Source of the DNA: a virus
Strand: one strand, 5' to 3'
Virus record (IMG/VR): IMGVR_UViG_3300028377_000004
Span: 1 to 64,000 of that record
Length of the DNA: 64,000 nucleotides
Shown: piece by piece, positions 57,876-64,000 of the stretch
Layout: each line of letters begins with the position of its first letter
Numbering within the stretch: the first letter of the stretch is position 1
The notes under the pieces: model-generated
Databases searched by the model: none
Seen by the model: the letters and a program-made list of their open reading frames with translations, nothing else
Told to the model about the DNA's origin: nothing
Position numbers and translations under genes: made by a program

Positions 57876-60026
57876 TTACTTAATAGAAGATAGGAACCTG
57901 GAGGCCAGTCTCATTGCTAAAATATCTCTACCTTTCAGTTTGGAAAAAAGACTGTCTAGAATTGGCAATACTTTAGTCTCAAAGGTTTCTTGAGCCATAA
58001 ACTGATCCATCTCGTCTACGTCATAAGTCATTTGAGTAAGCCAAGGATTGGTAATATTATCTTCTGCTAATTTGGTGTAGACATATTGCTCCAACATTCG
58101 AGCCCAGATTTCCCCCAAATTAACGTAGTAATTTAGTTTTCTGGTATCCCCCCTAGCTACGTCTCGATATAAACGTTTGGCTTCTTCCACTATTTCAGGG
58201 GACAGTTCAGATTTATATTTGGCGTCTACCATGGACCTAAACTCATCATCATCATCCCAACTTAGTCCCGTCACATTAGTAATAGCTTTCGCAAGGACAC
58301 CTTCATAGGCACCTCCTAATTTATCGTTCCATCTCTGGAAGTCCTCTGTCTCTACGATTACTTCATAAAATTCAATGACTTCGGGTAAGTCTCGTTTCAG
58401 TTTTGTAAGCCACTTTCCAGTTCTATCAGGATCCTTTACTGTTTTGACATAGTAATCTGCTCTTACACTAGTCTCTGACCCTGTAATACTACTAGACATG
58501 GGGCTAGTCATTAGTCCATTCTCTCGCTTCCACTCCATCCATTCAGGGTCGTTTTGCTCCAGCTGGTATTTAAGAGCATCATCTAGGAAATGAGATAGTT
58601 CATGTGCCATAAGACCTTCATAGTCTTTTCCGAATCTGACTTCGGGTTGAAAACGAGAAGAGTCATGATAAGCAAAATAAGAAGCTTTGGAAGAGAACCG
58701 TTGGATATTCCCAAAGGAAAGTTTCAGGGGAACTCCATGTTTCCCGCAGAATCCCTTTCCAAAAATAGTTTCAAGGTCTTCAAAAGCGCGGGATACTCTT
58801 CCTAAAACTTCTCTTTTTTCTTCCTCAGAAAAATCCGAAGAAAATTCGATTTCTCCTACTTTATGTTTCGTAGCAAATTCCGGAGCATCGATAGGTTCAT
58901 ATTCAAGTAATGCAGGTTCTTGTCCTTTGGCGAGTACAAGGTTTTTTTCTGCTATTTTAAATTGTCTGTGAAATTCCCCTTGCAGTGAGCTAAGAATTTT
59001 ACGCTCGGTTCCTTCGCTTAGTACCCTCTCCAGGGTCCCCACACTTTTTGCCTGTGAGATCTGGGTCGCTATTTTTCCTAATTCTCTTCGGGACCTGATA
59101 GTAGAAGAATCCGCATATTCGTTTTTTATTCGTTCTACTTCTATCAATAATTTTTGTACCAAGAACTCGGTAATACCGTCTCTTTCAGTATTTTCTTGAG
59201 AGTCTAAAACATCCTCTATGGGTTGGTCATCTTCTCTGGTAACTATCCATAATGGGACTCCGGCTTCCCTCTGGATATTTTCAAATTCATCCTTAATCTC
59301 ATTTAACCTCTGAATATTAGCATCCATCTCTTCCCCTGGTTTGGGGTCAGATTTTAGGAGTGCTTTTCTCTCTTTTTCCAATTGGTTAGCTTTCTCTTTT
59401 AGATACTCTTTTTCTTCGGAATCCAGATCAAACCAAACACCAGGTTCCGCATCAGACCTAAGGGTTGGTACTTCAAGACTTCCCACTCCTATTTTTAGGA
59501 TCAAACGGAAAAGAGATCTGATTTTCGTAGGATATTCCGTATATTTCGTAATGAGATTATTAAGAACCTCAGTGAGTTCCCTTCGATATACTTTATAATC
59601 CTCTTCTTCCTCAAGATCCGCAAGAAATTGGAGGGATCTCAACATCTGTCGGTATCTCATATCGTGAGGCAGTCCAGATTCTTTTGGGCTAAGACGACTG
59701 AGAGGCTTTAGAACTCTAGCAGCTCTTCTTAGCATCAAGGATACCTTGCTTTTTGGAAGGGAAGCTAATTTCCTTAACTCACTTGCTGCTTTTTTGGCAT
59801 GGGCACTATCCGAATTTGATTCTAGGGTGGAAGCAACAACAACGCAAGCTTGTGAGAACTCTGGATGGAATTTTTTCCGAATTTTAAGGTATTTTTTAAT
59901 TTCAGAATCATTAAAAAAAGGATGCAAGACGATATAGTTTTGGATCACTAATAGAGTGATTCCTGCGGACATAGTATCCAACGCCCTGTCTGGGGTGAAT
60001 TCCTCTGGCATTTTAGGCATCTCCAT
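57876..60026 (-). CDS. Polyvalent-type protein with HExxH/LPD1-like C-terminal region
   Basis: AFEDL..IFG...LKLSFG...GLMAHELSHFLD and YY...EIWARMLEQYVYTKL....NPWL...LDSLF match LPD1-associated motifs. Confidence 0.65.
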   Translation of the reverse strand: MEMPKMPEEFTPDRALDTMSAGITLLVIQNYIVLHPFFNDSEIKKYLKIRKKFHPEFSQACVVVASTLESNSDSAHAKKAASELRKLASLPKSKVSLMLRRAARVLKPLSRLSPKESGLPHDMRYRQMLRSLQFLADLEEEEDYKVYRRELTEVLNNLITKYTEYPTKIRSLFRLILKIGVGSLEVPTLRSDAEPGVWFDLDSEEKEYLKEKANQLEKERKALLKSDPKPGEEMDANIQRLNEIKDEFENIQREAGVPLWIVTREDDQPIEDVLDSQENTERDGITEFLVQKLLIEVERIKNEYADSSTIRSRRELGKIATQISQAKSVGTLERVLSEGTERKILSSLQGEFHRQFKIAEKNLVLAKGQEPALLEYEPIDAPEFATKHKVGEIEFSSDFSEEEKREVLGRVSRAFEDLETIFGKGFCGKHGVPLKLSFGNIQRFSSKASYFAYHDSSRFQPEVRFGKDYEGLMAHELSHFLDDALKYQLEQNDPEWMEWKRENGLMTSPMSSSITGSETSVRADYYVKTVKDPDRTGKWLTKLKRDLPEVIEFYEVIVETEDFQRWNDKLGGAYEGVLAKAITNVTGLSWDDDDEFRSMVDAKYKSELSPEIVEEAKRLYRDVARGDTRKLNYYVNLGEIWARMLEQYVYTKLAEDNITNPWLTQMTYDVDEMDQFMAQETFETKVLPILDSLFSKLKGRDILAMRLASRFLSSIK

Positions 60027-60028
60027 TC

Positions 60029-61351
60029 TTAAACTTTATTGATAGTAATTGTCACGAAATTTCGGGCTATTCTACCATCTCCAGAAGTAGCTCGCACTCC
60101 AATGGTCCAGTAAAACTTTCCAGCGTCATCAAATTGAGGGGAAGGAACTAATGGAGCTTCAAAAGGAACTATTTTTCCCGTAGCATCCCCAAAATTACCG
60201 TCTCCTGTCAAGTCCCATTCATAGGTAGAAGAACCCGAGAAATTAGTTACGGCTTCATAGTGGGTTTGGTCCCCTTCTCCCACAGATATAAGACCGTCAA
60301 TTGATACCGTTAGTTTTTCAGAAGAGACAAACTGATAAGAGGCATCTTCGGTCACAAAGATTTCTTCTTTCTTCCCTAACCTGTCAACTTCTACCTGATA
60401 GGAAATATCTTCCTGAGGTTCTTTGAATCTAGGTTTGACTCTAATACCTGAGCCTAAATTTTCAACTACCCTATAATGTCCGTAATTAGGTCCTTCTAGT
60501 ATGATTAAATTAGCACCTAGGGCCACAGAATCTAAGGGTTTATTGAAAGCATCATCTTCTAGAACATTAAGAGCACCTAGTTCGGTATACCCCGTTTCAG
60601 AAGAGAACCCTTTCATACCTCCGCAATTTTTACGAACGTCTTCATAGCGACGATCATGCATTGACCAGGCGCCGTCTTCAATGATATCATTTATTTTATC
60701 ATTATCAGGATCCACAATATCGGTAAAAACGTGTGATATTTCATAGAGGGTATGCGCAGGCTTGACGATATTAATCAATAGCAAAATATTGTTTTGAAGA
60801 ACAAAAGGATCCGTTGGAAACTGGTTATCTAATTCAAACTCAATAGTAAAAGCAAACTGATTAGAAATATCATAAACAGATCCCGGATTCTGAGATTCTT
60901 TGAAAATTTCTTTGATCTCAAATTCTTGGTCAGTAAATAATTCAACTGCTTGTCTTATTGCAGATGGTGTCGAACCCTGAAAGAAAATATCTATAATTGT
61001 CAATAGAAATTCTCTAAATTCTTCGTCGTCAAGATCGATATCCGGTTGTTCATCCAAAAACACAAAATATCCAACCACCTGATTCAAAAACTCTGATCTC
61101 ACCAGATCAAATGAGATATCAGAACTAAGTTCCTCAATAGCAAGGGTAAATCTAGCTAATTCTGTGGCAATAGCCTTCAAGTAGAAAGCGTATTCCGTAG
61201 AAGGAATAGTAGACCTATAGTTAGATGCCAGATATCCCATAAGGGTTTCTAGGATCGCAGTGGCCCTTGACTGTAATGTTTTAGAATACCCTTTTCCCTT
61301 TTTAGTTAGAGGAAAAGGAAATTGTCGTTCTCCGTCAAATCCATTTGACAT
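60029..61351 (-). CDS. Baseplate wedge/tail protein (gpI/DUF2313-like) with C-terminal PKD-like domain
   Basis: GSTPSAIRQAV...IVKPAHT; TYEWDLTGDGNFGDATG; adjacent to the baseplate J gene. Confidence 0.7.
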   Translation of the reverse strand: MSNGFDGERQFPFPLTKKGKGYSKTLQSRATAILETLMGYLASNYRSTIPSTEYAFYLKAIATELARFTLAIEELSSDISFDLVRSEFLNQVVGYFVFLDEQPDIDLDDEEFREFLLTIIDIFFQGSTPSAIRQAVELFTDQEFEIKEIFKESQNPGSVYDISNQFAFTIEFELDNQFPTDPFVLQNNILLLINIVKPAHTLYEISHVFTDIVDPDNDKINDIIEDGAWSMHDRRYEDVRKNCGGMKGFSSETGYTELGALNVLEDDAFNKPLDSVALGANLIILEGPNYGHYRVVENLGSGIRVKPRFKEPQEDISYQVEVDRLGKKEEIFVTEDASYQFVSSEKLTVSIDGLISVGEGDQTHYEAVTNFSGSSTYEWDLTGDGNFGDATGKIVPFEAPLVPSPQFDDAGKFYWTIGVRATSGDGRIARNFVTITINKV

Positions 61352-61359
61352 AAAAGACC

Positions 61360-63999
61360 TCAGCGATACGTGATGGTAAGATTTCCTAATTCAGCGAATG
61401 CGACATCCATCAAGTCTATTGTGGATCTAGAAGAGCGATCTCCTTGAACCTCATAAGAAGCTGTATAAGAGTAATCCTCGGGACTGTCATTAGAAGACAG
61501 AGAGACGAATATTCTATTTGCTGTTAGCTCCAGGCGTCTTCCTTCTTTTGCTGCCTGCGTAAGATACCCATCATTCTCTAATGTTTGATCATCAGAATAT
61601 CCCGGAATAATAAGTCCCTCTGAGCCTACCACTAGAGAGCGACCAGGACCCTCCATAAGGTCTGAATAGGTAGCGACAATAGCAAGGGGTTGCCGGTCCT
61701 GAAAAACTCCCCTGTGTTGCATTCGTGATCCCCCACCATTAATGGTCTGGTGACTGAGAGAATCCTGGAGAGCATAGAGAGATATATTAGAAAGTGTTTC
61801 TTCTAAAAAGACAAATGAGCTATCAACATCCTCCCTTACAATTAGGTTCCCGTCTGTATGACTCATTCTAGCGAAAGGTACAATTACATAGTCGACGCCA
61901 GTAGTATTCTCAATGACTCTGACCACATCCGATTGGTGGACAGATTTTCCTACCCCTCTAGAGTTCATAAGCTGTGAAATATTAGTCCTCAAAGCCACAT
62001 CCACCTGGGACTGCACCGCACCATGAGAAAGAACTACAGTCATTTCCAAATCAATTAAGTTTTGAATTGCCTGCTTTGCAAGTACGTCTGCGGTGATATG
62101 GCGTTGCCCGTCTACTTTCCTTTGTACATTTTCTAAGACTTCATTGATGGTATAGGAAATCTGGAAATTTTCATCATGCTCATAGTCTACACTGACTTCG
62201 GATCCATCCTCGATATCTCCATCAGGGTTTCTAACGATCTGCAAAGGAGTAGTTTCGGATCCTGCCTGAATGAAAAAATCAGGGTCCGCAGTTAGTGGGC
62301 CGTCATATTCGATAGTGCGATCTAACGAGAAAACTCTAACGCTAAAAGGTGTTACCCCAAGGTTCACTAAGGCTGCAGGTATTTCCCCTACCAGTACATG
62401 CCTCTCATCATTGATATCAATGATGTCTCCCGAAGGGATTCCCCCGCTTTCAGTAAGTACCAGATAATCTCTGGCCCTAGTGGAATAGCCTTCAATGAGG
62501 GGGTCTTGAGTCCTGAAGAATTCATAATGATCTCCTTCTGCAAGAACATCATCGGAACTCAAACTCTGGATCGTATTGACTGCTTGAACCGGCTGTCTGG
62601 AAAATACATATTCATCCGTTTCTCTAAATCGGAAATCACCAATAACCACGTTATTAGGCCCTACAGGAGGTTGAGGAATCTGTGTGCTTAATTGAATTCT
62701 GTTATGAGATAACAGGCTATAGTCCGTAAGATCAAAAGACTGTCCTGTAGTCACATTTCGGAATCCAAATCCTTGCGCCTGTTCTTCGGGGGTTTCTCCT
62801 AATAACTGAGTGATTGGATTCTCGGGGGTAACTCGATCGTCATCTACAACGAAAATATATTGATTAGGAACGGAATCCAAAAAGAATCTCACATCTCTTT
62901 CAATGCGAAAACGGAGAGCAAAAGTATCTTCGACTTCTCGCCTTTGTTCCCCTTGTACCCATACATCTACTTTTCCCCCAATATGTTTATCTCTGACCTC
63001 ATCATAATCCCGAACCATGTGCGTATGTCCAGCGTCAATAATTTTGGCCCTGAAAACTCCTACCTGCCCAAGTGCGGTCGCCAGATACCCTGATTTTGTT
63101 CCAGCATCTACAGAAGAAAACGCAAGCATGGATCTCTCCGCAAGGTCCTGATTGGATTCTTCATTGCGCCCAAATCTAGTCGCCTCTAAATTAGTAACTT
63201 GAAGTCCAGAAGCACCTCCAATAACACGGGTAATTTGACCCGCGGGAACATTTCCATTTTCGCCCGGAGTCGTTGCAATGATATTTGCTTGAATTTCCCA
63301 TCTTCTTCGTTGAATATTAAAGTAGGAATCTCGACTAGTAAAGGGAAGTGTAACTCTAGAGGTGACCCTGAAAGTTGCACTTCCATCCTGAGTTGGGACA
63401 AGGGTTCCTTCCTCAACTACCAGATCATTCTGAGGTTCTGTTGGAGTATAAAACGTTGCAGTTCCTACCGCAGGCTGCGCCCCCAAACGAACTTTATTGG
63501 TATTGGCAGATAATTTATCGAAAGAGTCATCAATGATTTGCTGAACATTCGCTACATTGGTGAACCCCATAGCAGAAGCGAGAGCCTGTTTGTACGAATC
63601 TAATTCGTCTACTACTAATAGAGTTGCAAAGGACTGGGATCTACGAACGAAATCTGCAATAAAATAAAGCCGCTCTGCTTCCGTAGCAAAAGGATCAATA
63701 AAAACGTCTTTTACCACGGACCCTGGCATAACTGATATTTCATTATCATAGTTAATTACACGGTCGATATAGTCTTCTGTAACATCAAACCTTGTGCGCC
63801 TGGGGACATCTCGAAGTTGCGTGTCTATTTCCAAAGGATATCCAACTAATTCAGAACTATAAGCAGATTCAATTTCCTGGTTGGTTGTTTGATTATAAAC
63901 TACCGTCGTCATTACATAATAAAGAGGCTCATCATCTGGAATGTCAGCAAAAACCTCATTATTAATGAAACCATCCTGCTCTGTTCCTGACCTGTTGTG
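61360..63999 (-). CDS. Baseplate J-like protein, 5'-truncated by the window edge
   Basis: GSVVKDVFIDP, AVGTATF, VEEGTLV, ATTPGENGNVPAGQI, GRNEESNQDLAER; the frame stays open upstream of ATG 63912 to the window end. Confidence 0.85.
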   Translation of the reverse strand, partial: HNRSGTEQDGFINNEVFADIPDDEPLYYVMTTVVYNQTTNQEIESAYSSELVGYPLEIDTQLRDVPRRTRFDVTEDYIDRVINYDNEISVMPGSVVKDVFIDPFATEAERLYFIADFVRRSQSFATLLVVDELDSYKQALASAMGFTNVANVQQIIDDSFDKLSANTNKVRLGAQPAVGTATFYTPTEPQNDLVVEEGTLVPTQDGSATFRVTSRVTLPFTSRDSYFNIQRRRWEIQANIIATTPGENGNVPAGQITRVIGGASGLQVTNLEATRFGRNEESNQDLAERSMLAFSSVDAGTKSGYLATALGQVGVFRAKIIDAGHTHMVRDYDEVRDKHIGGKVDVWVQGEQRREVEDTFALRFRIERDVRFFLDSVPNQYIFVVDDDRVTPENPITQLLGETPEEQAQGFGFRNVTTGQSFDLTDYSLLSHNRIQLSTQIPQPPVGPNNVVIGDFRFRETDEYVFSRQPVQAVNTIQSLSSDDVLAEGDHYEFFRTQDPLIEGYSTRARDYLVLTESGGIPSGDIIDINDERHVLVGEIPAALVNLGVTPFSVRVFSLDRTIEYDGPLTADPDFFIQAGSETTPLQIVRNPDGDIEDGSEVSVDYEHDENFQISYTINEVLENVQRKVDGQRHITADVLAKQAIQNLIDLEMTVVLSHGAVQSQVDVALRTNISQLMNSRGVGKSVHQSDVVRVIENTTGVDYVIVPFARMSHTDGNLIVREDVDSSFVFLEETLSNISLYALQDSLSHQTINGGGSRMQHRGVFQDRQPLAIVATYSDLMEGPGRSLVVGSEGLIIPGYSDDQTLENDGYLTQAAKEGRRLELTANRIFVSLSSNDSPEDYSYTASYEVQGDRSSRSTIDLMDVAFAELGNLTITYR

Positions 64000-64000
64000 G

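Noticed and set aside
1-64000. Stop-codon reassignment, tRNA/rRNA genes, group I introns
   Set aside because: Genes are long and tightly packed in code 11 with intact motifs; I saw no tRNA cloverleaf/T-loop or intron-split gene by eye (tRNAscan-SE or Infernal would settle this).

Overview
This window is a 64-kb segment of a large lytic myovirus-type (contractile-tail, probably jumbo) bacteriophage genome. It is densely coding in the standard bacterial code, with GC estimated by eye at roughly 40%. I saw no integrase, tRNA, rRNA or CRISPR array. Virion and tail genes with very acidic products form three blocks: 1-18.1 kb (+), 42.7-53.1 kb (+) and 57.9-64 kb (-, baseplate J-like and gpI-like genes plus an LPD1/HExxH protein). 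Between them are a three-gene membrane (lysis-like) cluster and a replication module: RuvC, SNF2 helicase, a degenerate DnaC-like loader, DnaB, a stand-alone primase Zn finger, an MTase remnant and a family A DNA polymerase. Other genes include PhoH, IF-1, a 2H phosphoesterase, an Ntn hydrolase, a patatin and a GIY-YIG nuclease. The strongest non-coding signal is six copies of TTGTAA-N11-CCAGGGTATATAGRG with exactly conserved spacing. They head small promoter-gene-terminator cassettes, which probably form the early regulon. That regulon includes a myxobacterial/Bradymonadales-style EGF-TSP1-receptor-L lipoprotein and both halves of a split bacterial-type Pnkp RNA-repair enzyme (kinase at 40.7 kb; phosphatase fused to an Rnl1-type ligase at 55.6-57.7 kb). 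All family assignments come from motif recognition by eye; no database searches were run.
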